The position numbers were made by a program, and so were the translations under genes. Below are positions 1 through 12,395 of a DNA stretch of 64,000 nt, piece after piece. The stretch's first letter is position 1; every line of letters starts with the position of its first letter. This stretch comes from Octopus vulgaris (Eukaryota): assembly GCA_951406725.2 (NCBI GenBank), contig OX597815.1, positions 29,016,001-29,080,000 of the forward strand, read 5' to 3'. The notes beneath the pieces are model-generated. The model had not been told where the DNA came from and did not search any database. It saw only the letters and a list, made by a program, of their open reading frames with translations.

Positions 1-311
1 TCTTAGATATTTATGGACACATGCCGATATGATTACATACTAAATGAAATTAATACCTCAAGCACTACAGGTTACCATTGCATTCTCAAATCACAATAGT
101 ATCGTTTATGATATTAGGACCGTTTTGAGGTAGACACAGACAAGTTTTGAGGAATTTTAAACGTATAACTTCATAGGTTTCTGTTGCCGGTATTTATTTC
201 ATTGATCCTGGAGAGCTAGAAAACCAAACCCAACTGAGACGGGATTTGAACTCAGAAAGTAGAAATTTGCAATTAAATGCTGTAAAGTCAAATAATCTAG
301 TTATTTGTATC

Positions 312-547
312 TATTTCTTTACTACCCACAAGGGGCTAAACACAGAGGGGACAAACAAGGACAGACAAACGAATTAAGTCGATTACATCGACCCAGTGCG
401 TAAATGGTACTTATTTAATCGACCCCGAAAGGATGAAAGGCGAAGTCGGCCTCGGCGGAATTTGAACTCAGAAACGTAACGGCAAACGAAATACGGCTAT
501 GCATTTCGCCCCCGGCGTGCTAACGTTTCTTCCAGCTCGCTGCCTTA
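312..547 (-). mobile_element. tRNA-derived SINE family B, long-tail (Tx1-like tail) subfamily
   Basis: Minus strand reads GGCAGCGAGCTGGAAGAAACGTTAGC...GAGTTCAAATTCCGCC (A/B-box-like), then GCCTTTCATCCTTTCGGGGTCGAT, then tail TGTCCCCTCTGTGTTTAGCCCCTTGTGGGTAGTAAAGAAAT. 13-bp TSD AGTTATTTGTATC at 299-311 and 548-560. Confidence 0.9.
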
Positions 548-979
548 AGTTATTTGTATCATGTCGCGCCTGCTACCTTATATAATAATCTGTCTGCATC
601 AGCCCTGAGCCCATGTGTGCGTATGTGGGGGGATATTGATTGCTATCAGAACGGCAACCTTTTGTAAGTTTCGCCTGTCATTTACAGGTGTATGTCGCCA
701 CACCTAGATAGATGATTGCTATCTCTGTATAGAGAAAATTTTGATGAGAGCGCACATTTACTCATTGTATTGACAAGTGTTTTGATGAGATTTACGACAG
801 ATGTCTCTTCCTAAAGTTATTCAAGTGCACAACTGACCGATACCTCTCACAAAGTAATAATCTGACTTCCACCATAATCCGTTTTCATTTCGATGCTTTG
901 TACCCGCTTCAAGATACTGCTCTTATGCTTGAGAAAGGTATGACTATCACAACTTCTTGTTTAGAAATTAGATTTATAA

Positions 980-1041
<62 letters not shown>
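980..1041. repeat. (GATA)n microsatellite
   Basis: Perfect tetranucleotide array. Confidence 0.98.
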
Positions 1042-1042
<1 letters not shown>

Positions 1043-1450
1043 TACTCTTTTATTTGTTTTATTCATGCGACTGTGGCCATGCTGGAGCACCGCCTTTAGT
1101 CGAGCAAATCGATGCCAGGACTTATTCTTTGTAAGCCTAGTACTTATTCTATCGGTCTCTTTTGCCGAACCGCTAAGTTACGGGGACGTAAACACACCAG
1201 CATCGGTTGTCAAGCGATGTTGGGGGGGACAAACACAGACACACACACACACACACACACACACATATGTATACATATACACATATACGATGGGCTTCTT
1301 TCAGTTTCCGTCTACCAAATCCACTCACAAGGCTTTGGTCGGCCCGAGGCTATAGTAGAAGACACTTGCCCAAGGTGCCACACAGTGGGAATGAACCCGG
1401 AACCATGTAGTTCGTAAGCAAGCTACTTACCACACAGCCACTCCTACGCC
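1043..1450 (-). mobile_element. tRNA-derived SINE family A (CORE-like motif, internal TA/TG microsatellite, CR1-like tail)
   Basis: Minus strand: GGCGTAGGAGTGGCTGTGTGGTAAG...GGGTTCATTCCC head, ACCTTGGGCAAGT CORE-like motif, internal (TG)n, tail GGCGGTGCTCCAGCATGGCC. More than 12 copies in the window. Confidence 0.9.
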
Positions 1451-2106
1451 TATTTGTGTATCTAAACACACACATATGTATATATATGTGTGTACATATA
1501 AACACACAGATATGTATATATAAACACATACACACACATATATATACAAACATACACACACACACTCACGCACATATAAATATAAAGGAAAAATAAGGAT
1601 AATCGCAAGTTTATATTAAAGTTCCATTTCCCTACATTTGCTCTGTAGCTCACAACTAGTAATACTGCTAAGTGTAGTAGGGTAATCAACAACTATACAG
1701 AGGGCAGACTGGATTATGAAAATCTATATGGGGCTCTGAATATAACAGCAGCATTTGTACATCCACATGTACACATAATTTCATATGCGCCAGCGCGTGT
1801 GTGTGTCTGTGTCTGCGGTTGTGTGTGTGTGTAGATATTTCTCTTTTCACCCATCCTTATCTTGTTTGTCCACTGACCTATTCAGTCGTGCTCTCTTGGG
1901 TTCTCGCTTTAGCATTTACCCACCAGCCCTTGACTCGCCTTATTTTTCCACCTTTCTTTCTATCTCTCAATTTTCCTCTTCTAGTCCAATAGGACATCAT
2001 TTTCCATTATCGTTACTTCTACACATGCTTTGTTTCAATGATGTCCAATAGTCTTTATTTGTATGTATAACCTTTATATTTGTATATATATATATATACA
2101 TACATG

Positions 2107-2200
<94 letters not shown>

Positions 2201-2202
2201 TA

Positions 2203-2392
2203 GTTAGCCACTACACACATTTTTTTCTCTCCTTGTTTCTCTCCTTGTTTTTTTCCTGTGTCCCTTCCTGTAAAAGAGCGTAGGCTCGAAACGTAAAAGA
2301 CTTTTCTATTCCTGAGCGTTATACTAATACATCTGTTTGTTTTCTACACAACCTGTCTTCGTCTTTTGTTTTTTTTTTTCGTAAACTCTCCC
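2203..2392 (+). mobile_element. Penelope-like pseudo-LTR fragment with variant hammerhead motif
   Basis: CTGTAAAA-GAGC-GTAG-GCTC-GAAAC-GT-A at 2268-2295; pyrimidine-rich body; ends in CCC(TA)n; homologous to 2402-2603. Confidence 0.5.
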
Positions 2393-2401
2393 TATATATA
2401 T

Positions 2402-2599
2402 GTGACCTCGTGAAGACGACCTGCAATTTTTTTTCCTCTGTCCTCCCGTCTCGGGATCTTTCTTTCTTTCTCTTATGTTTCCGACGAAGAGCTCCGCTCG
2501 AAACGTCATACCCTCCTTCTTCCATTTTCCTGAGCGCCTAATAATAATAATACTGCAATTGTTCCACTTGTTGTTTTTTCTGTTTTCCCGTTTGGATTA

Positions 2600-2603
<4 letters not shown>
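2402..2603 (+). mobile_element. Penelope-like pseudo-LTR fragment with variant hammerhead motif
   Basis: GTTT-CCGACGAA-GAGC-TCC-GCTC-GAAAC-GTC-ATAC at 2477-2511; shares TTCCTGAGCG with the preceding unit; flanked by (TA)n. Confidence 0.5.

Positions 2604-2684
<81 letters not shown>
2604..2684. repeat. (TA)n microsatellite
   Basis: Perfect dinucleotide array. Confidence 0.98.
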
Positions 2685-2687
<3 letters not shown>

Positions 2688-3189
2688 GAGATCTTCCAAC
2701 TACCTGTGTTGTTTTTCATTATATCTTATCTTATTCTTTCGTCGTTTATCATTTGCTTCTTTTCGCCTCCGTCCTGTACGTTGGCTCACTTAATTCCAGC
2801 AGCTATTTGCTGTTGACGCCATCAAATTGAACAATCTTATCGTTAAAGGCTCGAAATTGTTATGATTTGGGGACGATAACTGATGTTCATTTGTCATCCT
2901 TCTGCAATTTTTTATTATATGTATACATATATATATATAAATGATGGACTCTCTCGTCGAACACGATGTATGAGTGTTCAGCCTTTTAGCTGAACAACCT
3001 GCACAAACGATTTGTTTACAGTGATCAAATGTATGTGCTGTACATAAGCTCTCTCTCTCCATCAAACCGACGTTTCCTGAACAGGTGCAAGGTGTACCAC
3101 GTGCCAGGTCTCAAAGTAATCGTAGAGTAATGATCTTGCGATCGTGAGTGCAACACTCTAACCACTAGGTCATTCGTCCTCACTATATG

Positions 3190-3608
3190 TAGTGGCTGTG
3201 TGGTAAGTAGCTTGCTTACCAACCACATGGTTCCGGGTCCAGTCCTACTGCGTGGAACCTTGGGCAAGTGTCTTCTACTATAGCCTCGGGCCGACCAAAG
3301 CCTTGTGAGTGGATTTGGTAGACGGAAACTGAAAGAAGCCTATCGTATATATGTGTGTATGTGTATATATATATATATATGTATGTATGAGTATATATAT
3401 ATATGTCTGTGTTTGTCCCCTCCCCCAACATCGCTTGACAACCGATGCTGGTGTGTTTACGTCTCCGTAACCTAGCGGTTCGGCAAAAGAGACCGATAGA
3501 ATAAGTACTAGGCTTACAAAGAATAAGTCCTGGGGTCGATTTGCTCGACTAAAGGCGGTGCTCAACATGGCCGCTGTCAAATGACTGAAACAAGTAAAAG
3601 TGTAAAAG
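3190..3608 (+). mobile_element. SINE family A copy
   Basis: Head AGTGGCTGTGTGGTAAGTAGC through tail GGCGGTGCTCAACATGGCCGCTGTCAAATGACTGAAACAAGTAAAAG. Confidence 0.9.
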
Positions 3609-3613
3609 ATATA

Positions 3614-3732
3614 TCAATACGGAGCAAATATTGATTCTGTTATTATCATTTTTATATTGTCACACTAGATAATAACAGAGTCAATGATATCTTCGCAAAT
3701 TATTTTCTTGTAAATTATTTGCTCCGTATTGA
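3614..3732. repeat. Nested short inverted repeat (fold-back)
   Basis: TCAATACGGAGCAAATA (3614-3630) and its reverse complement (3716-3732), with an inner pair TTGATTCTGTTATTATC / GATAATAACAGAGTCAA. Confidence 0.75.
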
Positions 3733-4045
3733 AATTATTTTCACACTGGTGGCTACCATGATTCGGTGCAAAACAAATCAGCTGCATCGCAGACTTCAAT
3801 GTAACGGGTTGGGGGGTCTCTATCATGGTAACAAGTGCTGAAGAAGGTGAGACTATTATGCCAGACCGGAAACCGGTCCACGTGAGTCCAAATACTTGAA
3901 TGTATGCTGAGAGATTGTCTTAGCCCGTTTGCCTTCGGACGGTTGATTTCTGTAGTTATTATCATTATATTTTGGCGATTTAAATAAGAGTTTTGACTGC
4001 AATTTCCAGCAGGTAGACATACTTGGTATGTCCTTTGATTAATTT

Positions 4046-4111
<66 letters not shown>

Positions 4112-4219
4112 ATTTATATTTATATATATATTCTTATATTCAAAGCCAGGAACTATTCCACCCCACCTTGTGTATATACATTCCACTCCTCCTTGTGTAT
4201 AAAAGAAAATACAGGAGGA

Positions 4220-4385
4220 TCAGTTAATTTTGATTTTATTCAACATATTCTCCTCTTAAATTGACACACTTATTGTAGCGGTCCTTCAGTTTTCTTAAGC
4301 TCTGTAAAACAACTCGGAAAGTTGGATCTCCAACCAGCCCTTTCGCGATACCCTTAAAGCCAGGAACTTTTCATCAACCCTCGTA
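4220..4385 (-). mobile_element. mariner-like DNA transposon end fragment
   Basis: Reverse complement begins TACGAGGGTTGATGAAAAGTTCCTGGCTTT, a mariner-type TIR after TA. A second degenerate copy of the motif lies near 4141-4170. No matching opposite TIR found. Confidence 0.55.
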
Positions 4386-4629
4386 TGTATGAACGAAAGA
4401 AAAAGTAACTCAAAACATTTAGCAGGAGTTACATGCATAAAAAAAAAGACAGTTTGGTTCGGCTCTATGCGATTTGATGTTTCGTGAGCCTCTAATAGAA
4501 ACCCATCTCTTTCAGGCTGAGATTAGGATCCTAAAAGGAACGGGTTTCTGTAAGAAGCTCGCGATACTTTAAGTCATATGGAGCCAAATTAAATTGTCTA
4601 AATGATATTATATATATATATATATATAT

Positions 4630-4923
4630 ATCACGTGACCGACCAGACCATCAGATGTTGTTACACATCGCTGGTCACAATGCTTCACATTGTTTTAGTC
4701 TTCGAATGACGTCACCCCGCTGGCTAAGCGAGCAGGCCAACAGAAGAAAGAGTGGAAGAAAGAGTGGTGAAAGAGTACAGCAGGGATCACCACCCCCTGC
4801 TGGAGCCTCGTGGAGCTTTTAGGTGTTTTCGCTCAATAAACATACACAACGCCCGGTCTGGGAATCGAAACCGCGATCCTACGACCGCGAGTCCGCTGCC
4901 CTAACCACTGGGCCATTGCGCCT

Positions 4924-4925
<2 letters not shown>
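4630..4925 (-). mobile_element. tRNA-derived SINE family D
   Basis: Minus strand: GGAGGCGCAATGGCCCAGTGGTTAGGGC (A box), GGTTTCGATTCCC (B box), TTGAGCGAAAACACC CORE-like segment; flanked by microsatellites. Confidence 0.85.
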
Positions 4926-4984
<59 letters not shown>

Positions 4985-5064
4985 CATACATACATACATA
5001 CATACATACAGACAGACAGACATATATAAATATATATATACATACATATATATATGTATATATA

Positions 5065-5096
<32 letters not shown>

Positions 5097-5273
5097 CATA
5101 CATATATGTATATATAAATATATATATATATACATATATATATATAAATATATATATATATACATACACATATATATAAATATATATATGCATACATATA
5201 TATATATACATATATATATATACATTTATATATATAAATACATATATACATACATATATGCACACACCCACAT

Positions 5274-5358
<85 letters not shown>
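4926..5358. repeat. Compound (CA)n/(TA)n/(TACA)n/(TG)n microsatellite
   Basis: Visible simple repeats; source of several spurious ORFs. Confidence 0.95.
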
Positions 5359-5363
<5 letters not shown>

Positions 5364-6072
5364 GTGTACGTAAGCCGTATACCTATAAAACAGACCAGTA
5401 GTTTATGCCCTGTCAGTCTAGAGCCGAAGTATGTATGTGAGTAATCAATATTAGTGAAAACAACGGGCAGCGGAATGGCAGAGAAATAGTGTCTCCCAGT
5501 AAGTAATTAATGTTGCGATCGATAAAATAAATACCAAGCATGTAACGAAATGATTCAATCGATTATAACTCTCCCGATCAATTCATGGCCCTGAGCCAAA
5601 GTAAGAGATAAATATTTCTTTATAAAACAAGTGGAAAGTGTTGTAAAGCAGACAAGTTCCTCTCGAGAGCCAAGTCTACGTGGGACTTCAATTCCCAGCT
5701 GAAGATATTTTCAAACTGAATATCAGCTGCATCCATCTCTCTTGTAAGAGAGGGCCTACGAACCTATGACTACTTCCCTCTTCGCCAAACTAAAATTTTA
5801 TTCATATGCATATATATAAATGTGTGTGTATGTGTGTGTATACATATATGTGTGTGTGTATACATACAGACACACACACACACACACATACATACGCGCG
5901 CGATCACACGCACGCATGCGCAATATTATTTCGGACACTGAGTATGAGTGCTCAATACCGCGTTTAGTGAGTAAATATTCTTTATCTGCGGGTTAATTTC
6001 ATGCGTGGCTTTCGCATTTTCTCGCGCGCTCCTCTCGAGGATGCTGTTAATCGCATTCATGTTGGATGTGAT

Positions 6073-6118
<46 letters not shown>

Positions 6119-6940
6119 TGCGTGCATGTATAAATGTCACCACACTTACGCCATTAAACCATACCGTGGTCCTTCTAAACTGGTGTGCTACAAGGGATAT
6201 CTAGATATGTTGCAGGTTTTTAAGATATAACATAAGGCTTTAGAAAACCCTTACTACCACTGGAGCATCTTGAAAAACGTATTATTCATTATTTATTTTC
6301 TCACGACGATGATTTATAAAACTAAGTTAAACAATAAATGATTTTCAAGATTTCTTCTGCATCATTAAATTTAATACATTCTTTTAACCTTCCCCACAAA
6401 GTGTACCAGTAACTTGTTTTATACGAAGTGAGTTAATATCAGAAATATTTGATTTTGCGTGGGCCACGAAGTTAAAAGACTGAAAACTAATGGCCTCCAA
6501 TGCCTTCAGTTCAATCTTAAAAATGAAAGAAGCCTAATTTCTATCTTTTATTTACTTCAGTCATTAGACTGTGGCCATGCTGGGGCAACGCCATGAAGAA
6601 TTTTTAGTTGAATTAATCGACTCCAGTACTTATGTTTTGTTATGCGTGGTAGAGTAATATCAAAGAATGAACAAGAAGAAAAAATCGTGGGAAAGGCGGA
6701 AGAAGAAATTACCCATCTAACTACACACCTCCGACTTCCCTCGACAATGAGATTTCATTGATTAACATTGACTCTACCTCTACACTAATGATATTGAGGA
6801 CTTACTGGAGTTCATCCCAGTCTTCAAGTTGATAGATCATTAAGTCAGCGGTTCTCCACTCCTGGATATGACGCTATTCTATCTCAGATATATTTCTATG
6901 AATGGTTATTGAAACCTAGCAACAGAAGCCATTGAAATAT

Positions 6941-7640
6941 GTTTCTTTATTAGCCACACAGGGCTGCACACAGACGGGACAGATTACAAAGTAGAGCTTT
7001 TCTTTTTGGGAGGAAAAAAGGGTGGGGTAGGTTTTCGATCAAAAGGGATCGTAAAAGGGAAAAGAGAAAAAAAAGAAAAAAAGGAAAAGAAACAAAAGAA
7101 AAGGAAAAAGAAAAAAGGAGAAAAAAGGGAAAAAAAACGATCAATAGGGATCGTGTATCACAGTGTCATGATGTAAGATGTAAAGGGGGAAGCAGATAAG
7201 GTTTATCCGTGGGAAGAAGAGCCTACGGAAAAGACCACGGTAACCTCGGTCAATATTGTTACATGTTACCACATTTGTTTGCAAGTAGGTAACCCTCTGT
7301 TTTAAATTTCCGTTTTCATAGGATTATGCTAAAGGTGGCTTCGTCATTCATACGTGCCATCCTTGCTACATTCACCCATCTTTTTTTAAAACATTCGCTA
7401 GACAAAACTTGCCTCTCTACTCTCACTTTCCTTTTCAAATGATACTTGAAGAAGTTGATGAGAGATTGACCAGAGAGGAAAGTGTTTGTCTCCAATCCTT
7501 TCAGATGCGTCCACCAGATACATTCTTTCACCATAGCCACAAGGATGATGAAAATAGCTCTTCCTTCCCGTTTGAAGGAAGGAGGCGTGACAATATTGAC
7601 GATAGATTCGGCTGATAAACCGACTCGTCCGCGACACGCT
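6941..7640 (-). mobile_element. 5'-truncated Tx1/L1-clade LINE (ORF2 C-terminus and 3'UTR)
   Basis: ORF 7316-7540 MVKECIWWTHLKGL...ERQVLSSECFKKRW resembles the Tx1 ORF2 C-terminal KxxIWxxR...FxxRW pattern; pyrimidine-rich 3'UTR ending GCAGCCCTGTGTGGCTAATAAAGAAAC. Confidence 0.7.
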
Positions 7641-9214
7641 ACTGTTTTTTCTTGCTTGTAGAGGACTAGGGATTACATGATGCCTATGTTGTCGTTCAAC
7701 TTAGTTCAGCCCTGATCGTGCAGACACGTGATCAAAGATGCTTAAACCATAACCGTCTCGTTTTGCTTTTTCTGGTTTAATGTATCGAAGATTACGTTGT
7801 CAAATGTCTCCTTTTTGAAATATTAGCGTGATTTGGGAGAAGTTTGACTACTCTTTATAGCAGGTCTGGTCGAGATTCTTTCCTTGTCTTACCATAACAC
7901 GCACTTAAATTAGGTCAATTTGGCCATTGATACTTAAATTATGTAGAAATGAAGATAGGAGACATCCATCTTTCGGTTGATAGGTTGGCACTCCTATCAA
8001 CTCAGCCAATTGGAGTCCTACCAATTAATAGTCGAAAGGGGTAATAATCAGAAATATAGCTCAAACTTTACTACGATTACAATAATGAATATGTTCTATG
8101 CTTGTTTTATTTATGTTTGTTTATGTATAAATATAATTTAGTGTATGTGTGTATGTGTGTATGTGTGAGTATGTGTATGTAGTATTGCTTATTGACGTTT
8201 CTGAGGATAGAGTTTCTAGTATTTAGTATCATTAATTGACAAATTATACATAATTCTTCTACTACTTGTAGCGTATTAGTGACACTGAAGAGTTTATTAA
8301 GAATCATTTAAGAGATCATTAAGAGTCACTTCAGTAACATTTCAAAGTATATTAAGTGTTATGCCTACGTTAATTGTGTGACGTATTGATTGCTTATTTG
8401 GGGAATAACTTCGCTCAGATAATCACTTCTGGTGGTCAACTGAGTCATATAAGGATACGAGGTTTGTCGGGCGGGGAACATTGTTCAGCCAGAAGCCATA
8501 TGCAAACAAGCATAGATTGATAACATCTACCATGCTTTTGTTAATTGCTTTAGGTTCCTATGCAGTCGAGAGCAGATATAAATTACTCTCTCAGCCCTTC
8601 TGCCCTCCACCTAGCATGACATCCAGAATGTGACAGCTGAAGGAAGGCAGGACTGCACCAACACTGAGCTAGTACTCATTTTCGATTGAGTAGACTAGAG
8701 CAACGGGAAATAAAGTGATTTACTCAAGGAATGCACGCGTCATCCGGTCAAGGAATTAAGTACACGACCGTGAGCCCTACCTTCCTTTCAATCAGGCCAA
8801 GAACCTTCACTGTATGTGTGTGTGTGTGGCAAAGAACACTTGCTCCAAGGATCTTATGATGGTAAAGCAAATTTCTTAACCTGTCATCCATATCGGAGTC
8901 CACAAAATATATGCGGTGCGCTTGGGAAGAGTCACAGATGTTCGAATCAAATAGCCTGTTATCTATTATCCAAAAACAAGAACAGTTCTCCACACAACTT
9001 CTGCTTTTGGTCGACCCGAGGTTATTTTAGAAATCACTAGCACACTGTACCGTGCGGTATGATTCGATGAGAAATCAAATTGTTGCGAAGGGAATTTATT
9101 AACCACACAGTCAAGTCTGCAGCCATTAACTGGTAATAATTCTATTGAATACTCAGCTTGTAGACTAGTCTCACCTATGTCTTACTACGACCCAATCTTT
9201 AATAGATGAGAAAT

Positions 9215-9430
9215 ATTGATTTCAAATTTTGACACAAAGCCAGCAATTTCGAGGAGGGGGATAGTCGATTACATCGACCCCAGTACTTGAATGGTACTTA
9301 TTTTACCGACCCCGGAAGGATGAAAGGCAAAGCCAACCTCGATGGAATTTGAACTCAGAACATGGAGACGGACGAAATGCCCCTAGCATTTTCCCCGGTG
9401 TGCTAACGATGCTGCCAACTCGCTATCCTT
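9215..9430 (-). mobile_element. SINE family B, short-tail subfamily
   Basis: GTCGATTACATCGACCCCAG...GGATGAAAGGCAAAG...GGAATTTGAACTCAGAAC; first of a tandem pair. Confidence 0.85.
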
Positions 9431-9444
9431 ATACATAAGAAAAT

Positions 9445-9660
9445 ATTCTTTTCTACTCTAAGCACAAGGCTCGATATTTTTTTTTGGGGGGGGGCAGTCG
9501 ATTACATCGACCCCAGTATGCAACAGGTACTTAATTCATCGACCCTGAAAGGATGAAAGTCAAAGTCAACTACAACGGAATTTGAATTCAGAACATGGAG
9601 ACGGACGAAATGCCGCTAAGCATTGTCCCCGGTGTACTTGATGCTGCCAGCTTGCTGTCC
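9445..9660 (-). mobile_element. SINE family B, short-tail subfamily (tandem copy)
   Basis: Second copy, followed by the same ATACATAAGAAAATATT-like flank as the first. Confidence 0.85.
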
Positions 9661-9772
9661 TGATACATAAGAAAATATTGATTTTGTTAGGTAGTCACGG
9701 GACCAACATTTTTAGGGTTATGATAGGCGCCAAGATACTGGCGACTAAATTGTTTTTCAATTGCTTTCTAAG

Positions 9773-10010
9773 TGGAGGCGCGTGGCTTAGTGGTTAGGGT
9801 GTCAGCATCATGATCGTAAGATTGTGATTTCGATTCCTGTACCGGGCGTTGTGTTCTTGAGCAAAACACTTCATTTCACGTTGCTCCAGTCCACTCAGCT
9901 GGCAAAAACGAGCAACGCTGCGATGGACTGGCTGGGGGAACACATACGCCACAGAAACCGGGAAACTGGGCCCATTAGCCTGGCTAGGCTATAAAAGGAT
10001 GCATTTATTT
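9773..10010 (+). mobile_element. tRNA-derived SINE family C
   Basis: GGAGGCGCGTGGCTTAGTGGTTAGG A box, TTTCGATTCC B box, TTCTTGAGCAAAACACTT CORE-like motif, CTGCGATGGACTGGC; homologous copy at 45204-45446. Confidence 0.85.
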
Positions 10011-10516
10011 TTATTATTGTTTTCTAAATTTGGTACAAGGATGCCAGTTTGTATGAAAGGAGTATAATATTGGTACAAGGTAGGGCAGCATTAATAACAT
10101 GATGTGAACTACTAAACCTAACTCTCAACTATCAGTTGTTAACTGAATATATAAGATCACTTTATCAAAGCGTTACATAATTATGAATGACATTAAAAAG
10201 TTCTCTCCTTCACTCACACACACATACACGAGTAAATTTTTACTGCTTTCCATGCGTAATGACTGATCTCGGGGGTGCGGGGTAGATTTGTTTTTGTTTT
10301 TAAATGAAAAATTATTTTCAAACTTAATTTTAATTTTATATGACATTTCCCACATCAGCTCTCTTTAAAGTTCACTCCAGAAATCAGTTTTAGAATATAA
10401 TTTTTTGAAAAAATACAAATTACCAATAGAATATATGGCAGAAATACAATTCATTCAAAAGGTCATAATAATGTGATAAAAAAAAAAAAGATTTAAAAAA
10501 AGTGCTGTCAAGTATT

Positions 10517-10625
10517 AGAAGAAGAAGAAGAAGAAGAAGAAGAAGAAGAAGAAGAAGAAGAAGAAGAAGAAGAAGAAGAAAAAGAAGGGGTGGTGATGGT
10601 GGAGGTGGTGGTGGTAGCGGTGGTG

Positions 10626-10687
<62 letters not shown>

Positions 10688-10720
10688 GGTGGTGGTGGTG
10701 GTGGTGGTGGTAGTAGTAGT
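10517..10720. repeat. Compound trinucleotide array (GAA)n-(GGT)n-(AGT)n-(GGT)n
   Basis: Direct reading of the sequence. Confidence 0.97.
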
Positions 10721-11115
10721 AGTTAGATACATGTAGACAGTAAGGAGGGAACGGCAAGTTAGCCGACACTTCGAAATCACTGTCCACCTTTTCCTTGTAA
10801 AAGTTTAATAAACATGTTCTCTACTAAAAGTATTAAGTAATCCTTCAGTTCAAGATATATAATTCAAGTAGAGGTTAAGTTGGCCTCATGAAGGAATGGT
10901 ATCAGCCAAGAAAATACTAGTTCAACACCTAATATTATAGGGGGGGGGTGAGGTTAATATCCATAAAATAATAGGTTTATATATAAACCAGGGTTTGTAA
11001 TCATGCGAATGAAGAATAAGAAAATGGAGATACTGAAGTTAATAAGAGTTTATTATTAGCAAAAAATCGATCATTATCCCTTACAGCTGTTTCAATTAAG
11101 CTCAGTGAAGTTAAA

Positions 11116-11510
11116 TCTATATATATAAAGCTGAAGTTGTCTGTGTATGGCAGGTTTGGTAGCCTTCAACTAACACTATCTCCTCCGAGACCCTGCGGCG
11201 CAAGTTGACCAAAATTGAGAGTATGATAGAAGGCTGGCTCTTCCTTCCGTAGAAGAAAAAAATTCAAATAGGACCATGTTAACACCAAAAATTATTTACA
11301 TCAAAAAGGTGCTTTTTTCTATGAAAATCCCTATTTTTTTACAATTTTTTGACTGCTGTATCGCCATTTTTCGGTGTATTTCAACCAGAAAAAATGTTCA
11401 CTTAAAGAGAATAACAAGCTACATAATGCGAAATTTTTACTTTTCAAAAATTCCAATTCTAAAGGGTCGAAAAGAAAACAAATCCGAGCAACGCCGGGCA
11501 ATACTGCTAG
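11116..11510 (+). mobile_element. Non-autonomous Helitron
   Basis: 5' TCTATATATATAAAG; 3' CCGAGCAACGCCGGG hairpin followed by CTAG; inserted between A and T without TSD; absent from the mirror arm of the palindrome. Confidence 0.85.
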
Positions 11511-11944
11511 TAAATATTAAAATCCTATTTCTGAGTCAAACCTCTTCAGAGGGAGAAAAAATATACTCTTAGATATTTTGTGTGTTAGTTTTTTTAATCA
11601 CCACGGCAGACTGAACAATACTATTTATGATTAGTAATTGTATATGCCTAGGCGAGGAGGATTACAGGTTTGTTGCGGGTAAGATATAGTATGCAAATAT
11701 AATTAGAGTAATGAAGAATAAATAGTGATTAAAGAGTAAATTACAATGTAAATAAAGTACAATGTGAATTACATTTGTAGTTTAATTCCTCACCTCATTC
11801 CCCTTGCACTTTATTTACATTGTAATTTACGCTTTAATCTCTATTTACTCTTCATTACTCTAATTATATTTGCATACTATATCTTACCCACAACAAACAC
11901 CCTCAACTAGACATATACCATTACTAATCATAAACGGTATTATT

Positions 11945-12177
11945 AAGACGGCGAGCTAGCAGAAGCGTTAGCACACCGGGCGAAATGCTTTGCGGTACTT
12001 CGTCTGCCGTTACGTTGTGAGTTCAAATTCCGCCGAGGTCGACTTTGCCTTTCATCCTTTCGGGGTCGATAAATTAAGTACCAGTTACGCACTGGGGTCG
12101 ATGTAATCGACATAATACCTATGTCTGTCCTTGTTTGTCCCCTCTATGTTTAGCCCCTTGTGGGTAATAAAGAAATA
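11945..12177 (+). mobile_element. SINE family B, long-tail subfamily
   Basis: Full head and core, tail TTTAGCCCCTTGTGGGTAATAAAGAAAT; TSD GGTATTATT at 11936-11944 and 12178-12186. Confidence 0.92.
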
Positions 12178-12395
12178 GGTATTATTCAGTCTGTCGTAAT
12201 GATTCAAAAAACTAACTCACAAAATATCTAAGGGCATATTTTTTCTCCCGCTGAACAAATTACGTTCAGAAATATTTTTTAATATTTATTTTGCTTCACT
12301 AAGCTTAACCGAAACAGCTGTAAGGGATAATGATCGATTTTTTGCTGATGATAGAATCTTATTGACTTCAATATCTCCATTTTCTTATTCATATA

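Noticed and set aside
1065-1417. Recurrent short ORFs (e.g. QDLFFVSLVLILSVSFAEPL, RLWSARGYSRRHLPK) found many times in the window
   Set aside because: Conceptual translations of SINE family A copies, not a protein family.
10502-10787. Poly-R/G/S/T/H/Y ORFs
   Set aside because: Compound trinucleotide microsatellite with no splice or coding context.
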